DNA from: the human T2T-CHM13v2.0 reference genome, Homo sapiens
Strand: one strand, 5' to 3'
Length of the DNA stretch: 64,000 bases
Assembly: GCF_009914755.1 (NCBI RefSeq)
Contig: NC_060932.1
The position numbers were made by a program, and so were the translations under genes. Every line of letters starts with the position of its first letter. The first letter of the stretch is position 1. Below the pieces are notes generated by a model. The model was not told the DNA's origin, made no database searches, and saw only the letters and a program-made list of their open reading frames with translations. Of this stretch, positions 44,428-57,979 are shown piece by piece.

Positions 44428-44460
<33 letters not shown>

Positions 44461-44888
44461 AAAGTAAATTCATCTTGCTCACAGTCCTTTCTGGAAGAGT
44501 TTAGAAAGCAAAGAATTCACCGACTCAGCAGGAAGCAGAACGAGCTGTTCCTTCTTTTGACACGCACAAGCTAATCCCCTAGAGAGTGGGGATGTGGGAA
44601 ACGGAGGGTAATTAATTCTTTGGTCACTGGTTCACTGCTGAATAGCCTTGGTCAGTTTTGGCTCTCTCCTATTTTAGGGGGAAAAATATTTTTGTTTCTT
44701 TTTTTTAAAAAATAAAATGTTCGCACAATGGGAGAAAATTGCTTTAAGTGTTACACCTTAGCCAACAGAGCCCAAACTCCGTGTTTCCGTTCTTTCTCTT
44801 TCGGTTTCTGCTGAGGGCTGGTGACACACTGGCCTCTTGTCAGTGGCTGCCGGCAGGGCCAGGAACAGAGTAGAACCTGCAGCACAGC
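41755..44888 (-). other. ZNF395: ZNF395 3'UTR (about 3.1 kb); 3' end approximate
   Basis: Interspersed-repeat-free stretch from the stop codon to a minus-strand AATAAA (plus-strand TTTATT at 41772-41777). Confidence 0.8.
41772..41777 (-). terminator. ZNF395: ZNF395 distal poly(A) signal AATAAA
   Basis: Canonical hexamer with U-rich upstream and GU-rich downstream sequence on the - strand. Confidence 0.75.
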
Positions 44889-45000
44889 TCAGTCCAGAAA
44901 GCGCTGGCAGGCCTTCTTCCACCGGCAGGCCGTGCACCACTGGTCCCGGTGCTCGATGCCATACACCTTGCGGCACTTCTTAGCCTCCCCTCGGGCTTTC
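44889..45000 (-). CDS. ZNF395: ZNF395 last coding exon: C-clamp ([36 protein letters not shown])
   Basis: TGCAG| acceptor. Basic stretch plus C-x12-C-x2-C-x5-C. The coding exons sum to 1542 nt = 513 aa plus stop. Confidence 0.96.
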
Positions 45001-45294
45001 CTGCAGAAAGAGAGGAATGCAAATCGAGCCCCACACAGGTGGTGGGCCCAGGAGAGTGGCCAAGTGGGGCTGGGAGAACAAGCAGAGGCCAAAGGGGCAG
45101 CTCCCGGCAAAAGTCACCAGGACCAGGGGCCAGAGGCTCTGAGGACCAAACAGTCATCCCATCTGGTGCATCCGCCATCTGGGCTCCTCTCTGGGGACTA
45201 ACCCTGGTGACTTCATCTGGGTGGGGTCGGAGTCCACGCCACTGGAGACAGGGCACAGAAACCAGAAGGCAGGGGACGACAGCGGACATCTCAC

Positions 45295-45398
45295 CTGGCA
45301 CCACTCTGGGCCCGGGGTGGAGAAGTGACGATCAGATGAGATTTCATCGCAGGTGCTGGCTGCTGGGGCTCGCTGAAGCTTAGCGACCGGCTCCGGAC
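45295..45398 (-). CDS. ZNF395: ZNF395 coding exon (VRSRSLSFSEP...AQSGAR), RxRSxS 14-3-3/Akt-type motif
   Basis: 104 nt, CCCAG| acceptor, AG|GTGAGA donor. Confidence 0.92.
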
Positions 45399-46233
45399 CT
45401 GGGCGTGGGGAGAGGGGCTGTGAGCACAGGGACATTCAGGAAAGGTGAGGGAGCTATCCTAAAAGACAGGCAGCCACCCGTCCCCAGCTCCTGGTGCAGA
45501 AGGCCTCGCACCTTCTCAGGGAGAACACTCCAGCCGAGGGGAGCTCTTGGCAGGAGAGTGAGGAAGGAGCAGGCCTTCATGCCACACTCAGGACCCAGCC
45601 AAGGACAAGGACAGGGGAGCCACTGGACCTGGCCCCCTCTGAGGCTCTCCTGCAGGGGACTTAGACGGAGCCGCTATGCCTGGAAGCCTCACACTGCCTC
45701 AGTGGCATCACTGGCAATCTGATTTACAGTGTGACACCGCCCTGCAGGAGATAACTCAAGACCAGCGCCTGCTAGGTAGAGTTCAAAATGACTTCCCGCT
45801 TACTTGAGTTGGGGGTCCACCTATGGCCCTTGTCTCCAGTGGCCTTGAGATTTCTGACCCAGCCCACACAGCCTCCACATTCTCCCCCTTCCTCTCCTCA
45901 GCATTAAAATCCTAAAAACACCCACGGGCACTAGGAGCTGATGGGGCAACTGACCCCAGCCTCGCCTGGTGATTTTCTTGGCAAGAAACCTGCTTGCTCT
46001 GGACATCCTCTACAAGCGCCTCCTTCCACCTCCGCGAGGGGCTATGGCCAGATGGGGAGTGCCAGGGAGGGGGCAGCACAAGGACATCTTCAACACGTTT
46101 GGGGGCTGAAAGCAAGATGGCCACACCGACCTGTGGCCACGTGCCCCGTGCCCAAGGGATGGCCTCCAGCCCTGGGATGTGTGGGAGAGCCCTCGGCCAT
46201 ACGAGGCCCCAGCCGTGCTGCCCGCACACTCAC

Positions 46234-46326
46234 CGGAGAGAGAGAGCAGGCGGCGGAGGGGGCAGCAGCCCAGCTGACACTGGTGTAGATGTGTGGTGAG
46301 ACTGGGATCTGGAAGGATGGCAGAGC
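46234..46326 (-). CDS. ZNF395: ZNF395 coding exon (ALPSFQIPVSPHIYTSVSWAAAPSAACSLSP)
   Basis: 93 nt, phase 0-0, GCAG| acceptor, CCG|GTGAGT donor. Confidence 0.92.
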
Positions 46327-47664
46327 CTGCGGAAGACGAGGGTGTCAGCCCGGATTCTAGCTCAGGAAGTGTTCAGAGTCTGCCCACAATCCCCACAGCC
46401 TCATGACAGCAGCAGAAGGTGCATCTCTGCGTAAGTGCAATGACCAGAAAGAGCTGGGACACACTCGGCTTTCTCGAGGACAACACTGGAGTATCATCCA
46501 ATGCCTTGCAGTAGTCTCCTTATTGCGAGGCTCCAATCTCATCCTGGAACCCTTCCCTCAGCGCTGGTCTACGTGCTAGCCTCATGACTTAATCACCGCA
46601 GAAGATTTAACTTCTCAACTGGATCACCTACCAAGAACATGCCATGGCACGTGCCAAAAGAGGCCCCAAGCCTTCTGCGTCTAGGGGGCATGGCTGGGAT
46701 AAGATATGGGATCTTCCAGCAACTGCTTGAGAGTAGTAGTGTGCTCATGGGTATCCAGGTTCAGGGCTATTTGTGAAAACACCAGCTACATGTCTGGGCC
46801 CCATAGGTCAGCCACAGCTCCAAGTGGGCCAAACATGAAATCGCTAAGCGGCCACTCATTCTAACAAGGAGGAGGGCTGGCCCATTTCATAAAGCTTTCT
46901 CACTGAAAGCAATACCTTTTAATAACTAATTTGCAAATTGGCCCACAGACTGATAAAATAGGCACAAAAGAATTTTAAGAAATATCAGCACACAGCAAGC
47001 TGCATGTTCCTTGAGTACCTACTACATGCAGCGAAGACCATCCTAAATGTCACCCTCTGTGATAAGTTTCTCATCCACAAGGGCAAAATAGGTTGGTCCC
47101 TCTGGTACCTACAACACCTTCTCATGCCTCTAGTAATTAGTACTTTGACTGGTTATTATAATTAACCATAGTTACATATTCATTTCTCTCTCAATCTGAA
47201 CCATGCCCTCCACAAGGGCAGGGACTAAGCCTTCTTCAACCTGAAAGTCTTACTTAGTCCAATTCTTGGCCCGTAGGAAGTATTCAAAACATGCGTGCTG
47301 GACTGTCTGTCCACAGAACACAATTCTAGGACCTAGACGTCACGTGGGAAGCCCAACTACACGACTCCATCCTCTCTTATAAGCAGAGGTGTGACAATTC
47401 CCCCACCCAAATCCATCGCCCAGTTACTTAGGGATTTAGCTAGATTCCTAGTAACCACTCATGACAGCTGCCAATGTAGATAACTCCAGGAATTCCCACA
47501 TTTATTGAGCAGTGAATTCGGTTTCCTTTTGTTTCCTTGTAGAAGAGATTAGCAATTTGGCCAAAGGGCTCAGCCTTCCATCAGGGTGGTCGGTAGCCTG
47601 TAATCAAGCTGGCCCGTGATGAGTCAGCTATGAGCCTGAGCCTCCAGCGAGCCCCGCCCCATAC

Positions 47665-47977
47665 CTGGTATGCATGATCTGCCTGAATGTGCCAGAAGGA
47701 CCCAGGAGCTGACTTGCTGAGAGCCCCTGAGGGCAGGGAGGACTCCGGGCCAGGATGTTCTGGGCCGGAGGACTGGGCTTTGTGCAGAGGTGGTGGAAGA
47801 GCAGACAGAGGCAGGCCAGTCATGCTGGGGGTGGGAGCTGGCTCGGAGGTGGGAGTCCCAGGGACTGGGGTGCCTGCGGCAGCAGCAGCAGCAGCAGCAG
47901 CAGATTCCTCCTTCAGCTGCACCTCTGTGTAGTAGAAATCCTCCTCCCGCTTGAACTGATCAGAGTCCACTGTGTCC
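47665..47977 (-). CDS. ZNF395: ZNF395 coding exon (DTVDSDQFKREEDFYYTE...poly-Ala...DHAYQ)
   Basis: 313 nt, CACAG| acceptor, CAG|GTATGG donor. Matches ORF 47581..47970. Confidence 0.95.
47875..47901 (-). repeat. ZNF395: (GCT)7 GCC GCA coding trinucleotide repeat, poly-Ala9
   Basis: (AGC)7 at 47881-47901 on the + strand; translation ESAAAAAAAAAG. Confidence 0.95.
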
Positions 47978-48742
47978 CTGTGTGGGAGGGAGATGCGGTA
48001 TAATCAGGGGCACCCTGCCCCCTTCAAACCCAGCGGGGACCGCGGTAGGGAGGGAAGTGATTGCTTGAGGCCACCCAGCAAGCCAGGGACGGAGCCCAAG
48101 AGAACACCCAGGTGCCTCGCTCCTGACGGGTGTCACCAGGATTATGTGTTGCACATCAACGGGAATTATTTTTCCTGGCACCTAAGGCTCATTCTCTCCC
48201 GGAACATGTGCCAACCTCTCCTCTGGCAGGAGGCATCCCACACTGAGCACGACCACGAGCCCTCTCTGGGCCCCACCTGCCTGCAGTCACGCTTTCTCCC
48301 CCAGGGCCATGAGTCAGCTCCTACCACTAGCAGCCTGCAAACTCGCTCTGCACAGAACACGGCGGAGGCACCAGGGTGGGGCTAGCGGAGACCCACTCCC
48401 AAGGAAGAGTGGGTGGTGCAGTGCTTGGCCACTAAACATCTTGGAAACGGGGTCTCACCAGCAACTAAACCAAATGACCCCGTTTCTACTCAGAACTAAA
48501 ACATCTTGCTTCCTGCAATGAGGCAAGAAGACACATCCCCAAGATGGACAGAGCTCCCTTCCCATCAACAGCAACAATGTTCACCAGGATGTCTTTCTCA
48601 GGGGGCCAGGAAGAGACACCAGGGGGTGTTCCCAGCAAGCCACGTTCCTGAAAGCACTGTGGGCTGTGGGTCACAGGGACTCGGCAGGGTGGAGGGACAC
48701 CCACACGCGACCCTAGGCTAGAGGCCCTGGGCTCGCACATAC

Positions 48743-48843
48743 CCCAGATGGAGGGCTTTGACGTGTCGTTTGATGCCCACAATGGAGCGCAGAACTTTGC
48801 CACAGTTTGGCCACAGGCACTTGTACATCACCTTCACAGAGTT
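48743..48843 (-). CDS. ZNF395: ZNF395 coding exon with the single C2H2 zinc finger ([27 protein letters not shown])
   Basis: 101 nt, TGTAG| acceptor, GG|GTATGT donor, C-x4-C-x12-H-x4-H pattern. Confidence 0.95.
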
Positions 48844-49342
48844 CTACAGGAAAGGAAGACAGGGTGAGTGGATATGTCTTTCTCCTTATCCCTCGCTCAA
48901 CCTTACCCAGTGGGGACTCAAACTGGCTGCTGTCCCCGGCCTGACCCAACAAAAACCTCCAGGAAAGGGGTTCTCTGGGACCAGAGAAACTTACAACCAG
49001 GGGCTAGAAAGCCCCAATCTAAGAGATGGTCCTAGTGGCCAACAGCAGTGCTCCATGCTGTGGCTAAGACCCTACTGGAGGCCTCTCCCACGCAGACCTC
49101 TGCAGAAACACAGGAAAGAAGGCAGGGATTGGGGTGGAGGCTAAAACAGAAGAGGCTTTAAATAGGAGAAGGAGAATCCTGGGAATATCACCAGGTAACA
49201 GAAGCAGCAATAAAAAACCGAAATGGGAGTGAACCCAAGACTATCTAGGGCCTGCAGGGTCCCCTCCTCTCCACGGCTGGCTGTCCCCACACAGACATCA
49301 TCCGCTCCAGCCTGGGCTCCCACTCACACCACAATCACGTAC

Positions 49343-49578
49343 CTTTCTTTTTCGTGGAGCTGGTTCGTCCAGCAGGAAAGGGTCAGGATCGGTCTCAAAG
49401 CCATGATCAGTTTGGGGAGAACCAAAAGCATCCCCCAAATACTTGGGGCTGGCCTGGGGGTGGGGGGGCGAGGGGGTGGAGACACCACTGCTCCCACTCC
49501 AGTGACCGCTGGTAGTGCTGCTGCCGCTGTCCGAGATGTCACCACTCTCCTTCCATGGGTCGCAGGCCGCACGGGAAG
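49343..49578 (-). CDS. ZNF395: ZNF395 coding exon (Ser/Pro-rich, ends ...DEPAPRKRK)
   Basis: 236 nt, CCAG| acceptor, AAG|GTACGT donor, open in the expected phase. It ends in a basic NLS-like PRKRK. Not shown in this frame in the ORF track. Confidence 0.9.
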
Positions 49579-49835
49579 CTGGCCAGATGAAGAAAAGATG
49601 AGAGGACGCTCACGGGCGTGTCCCTGGGCAAACTCTCCCTTCTGAGCTTCGGTAAACATGGAGAGGAGTTCATTCATGGCAGCAATTTCTCTTGGTAGAA
49701 CTGCTCTACCCTCGCAGACATTTCCTACCATAGCCACCTGGTCATCACTGACCAACAGATACACACTGCAAGTTTGCTTTGTATAGGATTCATACAAAGA
49801 GAAACCTAACTGAAATTTCTCTTTTTAAACAAAAA

Positions 49836-49930
49836 TTTTTTTTTAGAGATGGGGTCTTGCTATGTTGCCCAGGCCGGTCTCAAACTCCTATCCTCAAGCG
49901 ATCCTCTGGCCTCAGCCTCCCAAAGTGCTG
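49836..49930 (-). mobile_element. Alu monomer fragment
   Basis: agagatggggtcttgctatgttgcccagg...cccaaagtgctg. Confidence 0.8.
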
Positions 49931-52839
49931 CCTGTTTCTCACTTTATACATTAAATAAAGGGGGGATGGGGAGGGGGAAGGGCAAAGCCTCTGCAGCCTC
50001 CAGGCCTGGTTGAGAACAGGCACACCCAGAGTGTTGGGTACCACCCAGAGCATTTTCCTACAGCTGACGCCAACTTAAAGGTCTTCTTGACCAGCTTTCC
50101 TGAAAAATGCTCTTCAATCATCTAAACCCAGGCCAGTCCATAGAAACCTGTGGGTGGAACAAACAACTCAGCCTTTGCAACTCTCAGGAGGGTGCACAAC
50201 ATTTCCCAGTGCTAGCTGCAGCCCAGGTGGAACCTGCTTTAATCAAGAAGTAACATGTTTGGAGGAGGAAAGACAAGCTCTGCGAGCAATTCTGGTCATC
50301 GCAAGGTGGCAGGGGGCTTTCGTGCCTGACATGGCCCTGAAGCAGCTGCTGGGCTCCTGAATGCCTCTGAGCAGGAGGACGGGCATCAGCAGACATGGAG
50401 AATCTTCCGTTTTTAAACAGCACATCTGCAGGCTGCATGGGCCCAACCCAGACTCTCACTCCTTGGCCAAAAATCCAGGTGAATTTATAATATAGAAGAA
50501 TCTGAAATTCTGATATGTGGAAATACCAAGAGAGAGGGAAAAAAGCTACCTGTCCTCAAAAGCCCCAACTCCCAACAGGGGCGTTCCACAGAGCCCCCTA
50601 ACCCTGGATTCCAAGGTCTACTAGCACATCCCTTGTGGCCAGGATAAAATCCTGCTGCCTTTCTCTCCTCTTGCTCATAGTCCAGACTCCTTCAATGCTA
50701 ATCAGGGATCTACCCGGCACAGGCTCCCATCTTTCCATGTTTCTAGTCCAGGCTCTCCTTACATCTCACATCCTAGAAGCAGCCCACCCAAAAAGAATGA
50801 GATGGAGGAAGAACTCTTCCCTGCCCAGATACTGTTGTCATGTCTCACAGCTATCACTGTCCCTTCCTGGGAACCAAGAGATTACTACATGTACATGTGT
50901 GCTTAAAAAAGGGTACACCTTCAGGGCAGAAGACAAGAATCATTAAACAGGCCAACAGGTGAAAGACCCACGCACATCCACTGATAGGAAAACGATCAGG
51001 GAGAGAAGGGCAGTGAGCAGAATACTACATGGCAACATCTAGGATGCTCAGGACTCCGGGACAAAGAGCAGGTCAAGCAGCAGGCACACCCTACAAATGC
51101 GGTAGCCCTTCCCTATAGGAACCACTCACAATGGCTCAAATGCATGAAATCTGCATGGCAGATTTTGACTGGCACACAAAGAAAGCAAAACATAAAGCAA
51201 AACGTTATCTATAAGTTATAAGTTAATGTGTAAGTTGTGACTCCATCTTTGATCGTAAGTTTTTCTAGGACACAGGCAATAAATACACATTCTATACCAT
51301 GAAAATAAAGTACTGCTCTACAAATGCACGGCACTCAGAGCTTACAAGTGAACTTTTAAGAAATATTTATAATCCTGTTTTCTATACATAGACATGCACA
51401 CACACATGCCATCCTAACCACACAGAAACCAAAGGGACTATGTGGCATTTGTGCAAATAGTATCTACGACTCTCTTAGTCAAGGTTTTGGTTGTTGTATA
51501 GACCACACTTTGCAGAATACTTCAAGATAATTAGGCCAAGGAAGCCTTATATTTCCACTGACTTCAGCTATAAGATAAAAAATATACTGTCATCAAAAAA
51601 AATTTAATAGACAATTTTTTTTTTTTTTTTACAAAGGGACTTAAAATTGTCAGGATGATGGCATATCATCAGTGAGATGCTTCTACGTTGATGTGCACTT
51701 GTGTATGCATGTATTATACATACCCTCATGATGGGAACTGGAGTCAATAATTTTCTTTTCTTTCTTTAGGACACTTTCCTAGATCTTTCCACTGTTAACC
51801 CAACCATCCAGATCTCCTAAACTCTCCTGAGAACTTAGAAATTAACTCCTTTCCTCTTCCCTATTTGGCTGCGCTAATAGAGCAGGCATGCAATACTAAG
51901 CTTCACAGCTAGGTGTCCTCATAATGCAATGACTTCCTTTGGCAGCCTAGTCATTGACAGCTGACTTTGAGTCAAGAAAGTAAGTTTTCTCTCTCCTTTA
52001 TGTTTAATTTCTATTTAGGGAGATTCCTTATGAGGGATACTTATGAAGGCCACTTTCCTCCTGCTATGTGCTCAGAGCTAACTCCATATTTTCCTGTAAG
52101 TTTATAAGTAGCTTGCAATTCAGTTAGGTGTCCACCAATGAAGAAGTTCTTCCCTGGGAGTAGGGTAGGCCAGCCCTGCCATGAATTTCCCAAAAAACTT
52201 CAGGTTCACTACCAGTCTTGCCAAACTACTGACAAATACTCAGCAACCCTTTTTTCCCTCATATTATTGATAAAGTATTTTGGGGTTGCAACTATAGCAA
52301 TTTTGTTTTAATAAATTTGCCTTGAAGTTGAATCACTGGTTTTTATTAAGCAATTAGATTTACTTTAGAATTTAGCTCATTTATTCCGGGTCCTTGTCCC
52401 ATAGGCCCACACTAATTTATGAGGCTGAATTAGGCACGTGGAATGAGGGCATGAATTTTCTGAGGCCACTAGGAGACCATTTAGCATATTGCTACTTTGT
52501 GAACTAAATATTCCTCTATTGGCCTCATTCAGACCCCACCAAAGTGCTGGGCTCAGCCACTCCCATTGAAGAACTTACTCCACTGGCCACTGCAGCTCAG
52601 TCCCATGCTCAACCATCTTCACAATGTACCAGGAAACTCCTCCCCAGGTGAGGAAACTGAGGAAAAAGAACGGAAGCATCTAACTCCATGGCATGCAGCC
52701 GGTCAGAGGTGCCAGTGGGAGGTGTCCCTGGACATTCTATTGCCAGGCCGGTGACATAGGCAACTAGCTGCTCTGCACAGAGGATGTTTGTCGTGGGCCT
52801 CTACCATGCCCAGAACCCAGCTGGGCCCCGCTTGCTCAC

Positions 52840-52949
52840 CAGAGAAGTTGGCCTCGGTCCCGGGAGGACTCTGTACAACAGGGCTGCAGGACAGGGACGT
52901 CAGCACCATGGCCGCCATCATCTCATCCATTTCCACTGCGTCCGACTTC
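52840..52949 (-). CDS. ZNF395: ZNF395 coding exon (KSDAVEMDEMMAAMVLTSLSCSP...), conserved region 1 / NES-like
   Basis: 110 nt with AG and GTGAGC boundaries. The motif is shared with ZNF704 and SLC2A4RG family proteins. Confidence 0.93.
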
Positions 52950-54195
52950 CTGGATTCACACGGATGAGTGGGAAATGTTACTTCCTGGCATGGCGGGCCC
53001 ATGGTCCTTGCAAAACGAGACACCACTTCTGGCTGGTTTCACACAATCATCTTACACTTCTGGACTGTCCCCTCCAAGTGCCCCCAACTCCAATCAGCCA
53101 GTGTGTGCTCAGATCATATAAACTCAGTGAAACATGAAGGTCTCCCCTTCTTCCTGAGCAGTACCCATTCTGAGTGATGCTTCTAATATTAGGCAGCCCC
53201 GGTATAAGCCGCTGGGTCTCATCCCACTGTGACGCCCTGAGACAGCCCCATTCTCCCATGACTTTGCTGCTGAACTCTGCAGCTTAAAAAAAGGAGAATT
53301 TTATTTAGGGGAAAGAGGATAGACTCGAAATGAACACGAGGACAAAAGATGCCCACTGGAATTCAAAAGCACAACAATTACCTCCTTTCCTTGTCCCATA
53401 TTTAAATTTAAGAGGGAACAATTATACACTAACCACCTTCTCCCACCCCTCCCCCAAGAAAAATGGTAAGGCATTCTGACAGCTTCTGAATGTCAACAGA
53501 ACCTACTACCCAAGCCAATGTGCAAATAAACCAGAAGCACTAAAATAAATCTCCCAATGCAAGTGTCCATGCTTTATACAGCAGAGTTCTATAAAATGTT
53601 ACACATAATTTTTTAAAAATCCGTATATCACTACATTATTTGGAAGTAAAACTAGAGCTGTCTACAAGTTAATGCTAAAGTATTAGTAAAAGTTAGTCTG
53701 AAATAAACTTCTAAGTGGTCTGTTTCAAAAAGCTGTCTTAATTTATTCCTTACAATTCAGGTCCGCCAAAATATGACTTGGGTTTGAAGCAGCTAAACCA
53801 AGACTATTAAAACATGAAACACATTAGCACCTCTGTTTTTGTATGATCTTTGAATTTTCATTTCCATAGAACAGAAAAATAAATTCTTTACCTGCATTCC
53901 ACTGAATACACTATCACAAATATTGCTGCTCTAATTTGGTTTCAAAATACTGGGTCTGCTGTGTTTTTTCGCACTCATAGACAAACACAGAGAGGTGGGA
54001 TAGGGTGTGACTGCTTGCACATCTTGTATATAAGACAATTTCAGTCGACAGATTTTCCTTTTAAATCTTAAAAGATCAATGTACATACAGCATATAACAT
54101 AGAAATTAGGATATATATTCTTAGAAAAAAGTTGTATCACAAAATTCTAAAGCAAAATACATTCTTCATTCACCAGTGGTTCTGAATATCTAAGC

Positions 54196-55145
<950 letters not shown>

Positions 55146-55284
55146 TTTAAGCCAGTTCTTCCCTGTCTCTTATCATAAACTATGACCTGATTCAGTTTAA
55201 GCATGAGAGGGGAAAAAATAGCCCTATGCCCAACCAAAGGTACATTGCCCATAATAGAGCTATGGAAAAGAAAAGACGCCACTC

Positions 55285-55588
<304 letters not shown>

Positions 55589-55761
55589 ATGCCACTCTGG
55601 TTTTCTTAAAAGATTCCCCTTTTCTGTGTCCCATTTGTCCCAATATCTTGGCACCCAGATGCCAATGACACCACATTTCTTCCCCACCACAACACAGCCC
55701 ACACCCTTACACCACACTACCCACGTGACTTTTAAAACCCAGTTTCTTCTCCCACACAAAC

Positions 55762-55994
55762 CTCTTTGGGACATCGATGTTCCTGGAGACGGGCCTGTAG
55801 GCCAGGGCCTGGGCTCCGGGCTCCAGGGGTGGTGCCTGGGGACAGGGGCCCTGCAGCTCTGCCAGCCACACCTCCTCCACCCTGCAGCAGACCTGCAGCT
55901 TCTGCTCCAGCAGCCAGACGGTCACCTGACCCTCCATCCAGCTGTGCTGCTCCACCAGTCCTGTGCACTCTTGACCCCCGTACCACACATAAAC
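55762..55994 (-). CDS. ZNF395: ZNF395 coding exon ([10 protein letters not shown]...NIDVPKR)
   Basis: AG acceptor at 55995-55996, donor AG|GTTTGT, 233 nt, phase-consistent with neighbouring exons. Confidence 0.93.
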
Positions 55995-57054
55995 CTGTGG
56001 GAAGAGGGACAGCAGTTAGTGGTCAGCCCTGGATGGGTCTCGCCCTGAAGTTCTCATGCACCCCACGTCCCAGGAGCCAGGATCTGCCTGCCACAAACCA
56101 TGTTCTCTGCCTCACTCATCTTTTATTCAAGCAGATGTTCCCAGGTACTCGCTTCCCACCTGAGCACCCACACAGGCCCAATTCCTCCCAAGACAGATCC
56201 TTATCAGCTCTCTAGACTGGCAGACAGCAAACATGTCAGTTTCTGGGACTTTCTCTGAATCTAGAATCTGTGCTCATCATCCTGCCTTCCTTGACCCGGA
56301 TGCACTGCCTGTCTGCTGGTGCCCAACTGCCACTCTGAATTGCTCATTATCCTGCACTCAAAGGATGCTGAGTCTACCTGGGGACAAGGTGGCAGGGGTG
56401 CAGAGACAGGCCAACCTCTCAACAGGGGGACCTGGAAGTTGGCAGGCCACCTTCTCTCACAGGCAGGGAGGCCTGGAGGCACAAGCCTTGGCAGGGAGCC
56501 AGAGGTAGAGTCCTCATTTAGGAGGCCTTGAGAGGGCAACAGAAGAGAACCCCAGGCACCTGGACCTCATAACATCAGACCCAGGGCCCTGGCACAGGGG
56601 CAGGGATGCTGGAAAAGGAAATCCACACTGAATCCAACTACACAAACATCTCTGAGTCTTAAAAGTGTCTAAAGGGAATTCAAAGATGCAATGTTCTCTG
56701 ATTCTCATAAGCCTGAGATGCCTTCCTTTGCTAAAGTTGCAAACTGAGACAGATTAAGAGAAACGTGGTTATGGTCATCCTTCAAACTGAGGTTTTGAGC
56801 AAGCCAAAGCCCACAGCGTCTGATGCTAGGTCTTGCCACCTTCTACAGACAACACTGTGGTAGAGAAGCCCTGGGTCTACTAACAATGTCATATTCTCTT
56901 GGGCGATCTGCTGCCCAGGTGCCCTGTGGCTGGAGGGCAAAGGTCTGCACTCAAAACGGTGCCCAGAGAGTTTCCGGCCTGTCACTAGGGCACCCCAGCC
57001 CCCTACCCCAAGACTGGCAAGACGGGACACCTGTCCATGTTGGGATCAACCTAC

Positions 57055-57294
57055 CTTCTGCCCAGGCTGAAAGGCCACCTGCTGAAGGCCCGAGGTGCTG
57101 GGAGCCTTAAGGACTTCCTTGGGCTGCTCCTGGCAGGGGGTGTCATCAGAGGTGGTGAAAGGCTGGGGAGCGGCCCCTTCTAGCAGTGGCTCCGAGGGTG
57201 GGGCAGCCGAGGGCCCCTCCGAGGCACTGGGTCCCAACACCCGGGCTCCCAGGAGGGACCGCTTTCCAAGGCGTCGGGACAGGACACTCGCCAT
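57055..57294 (-). CDS. ZNF395: ZNF395 first coding exon, aa 1-80 (exon begins at 57352)
   Basis: AGCATGG start, MASVLSRRLGKRSLLGARV...FQPGQK, donor AAG|GTAGGT. Acceptor TTCCCCCAG| at 57353. Confidence 0.95.
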
Positions 57295-57979
57295 GCTGCT
57301 GCCTCTCCTCTCCTGCGGAGGCGAAGGGGACACTGAAGCCTCTGCCCATCACCTGGGGGAATCAGGAAGCTTTCAGGAGGGAGCCCCACACAGCAGGAGC
57401 CAGGAAGGGTCTACTAAAATAAGTGAACCCTTTAAAGTCAACTTCTAGCATCCTTCCCTTTTACAAAAGTGATATCCATTCCTAGTAGGACAATCGGAAA
57501 AGCAAACCACTGAGGAATCTGCCTCCCAGGGAGGCCCACTCTTCCTATGCAGCAGGCCAGGCTTCCTTCTGTGCATGTATTTACACTTTTATTTCTGTAA
57601 AAATGGGATTGTTGTTTGGTAAACTGTATTTTTACTTAACTGTGTAAGTTTTACTATATCATTCAATATTATTTTATAAAAACATGTTTAGAAGCCACTC
57701 AGCATTTTCCTAGGTGGATGCACCATTCCTATTCTAATCTCTTATTATTTATTGTACCCAAAGGCTGCACCCAATGGTCTGCTGTCTAAACTTCTCTGCC
57801 TGCAGTGAGCATCCTCTGAGCTAAACCTCAGCACACACACATCAACCACGGCTTCCGTAGGGCAACTTCCAGGATACAATATTGCTCGGTCAAAGCCTGA
57901 GGACGTCTGTCTGATGCACATAGATTCTCAAGCTCAGCAGGCTCAAAGCTGCAAAGAGCCACAGAAACTTGCCGAGCTT

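Noticed and set aside
49324-49797. 157-aa minus-strand ORF over a ZNF395 exon
   Set aside because: It is an alternative frame of the exon plus intron. The splice phases require the other frame (ASRAACDPWKES...).
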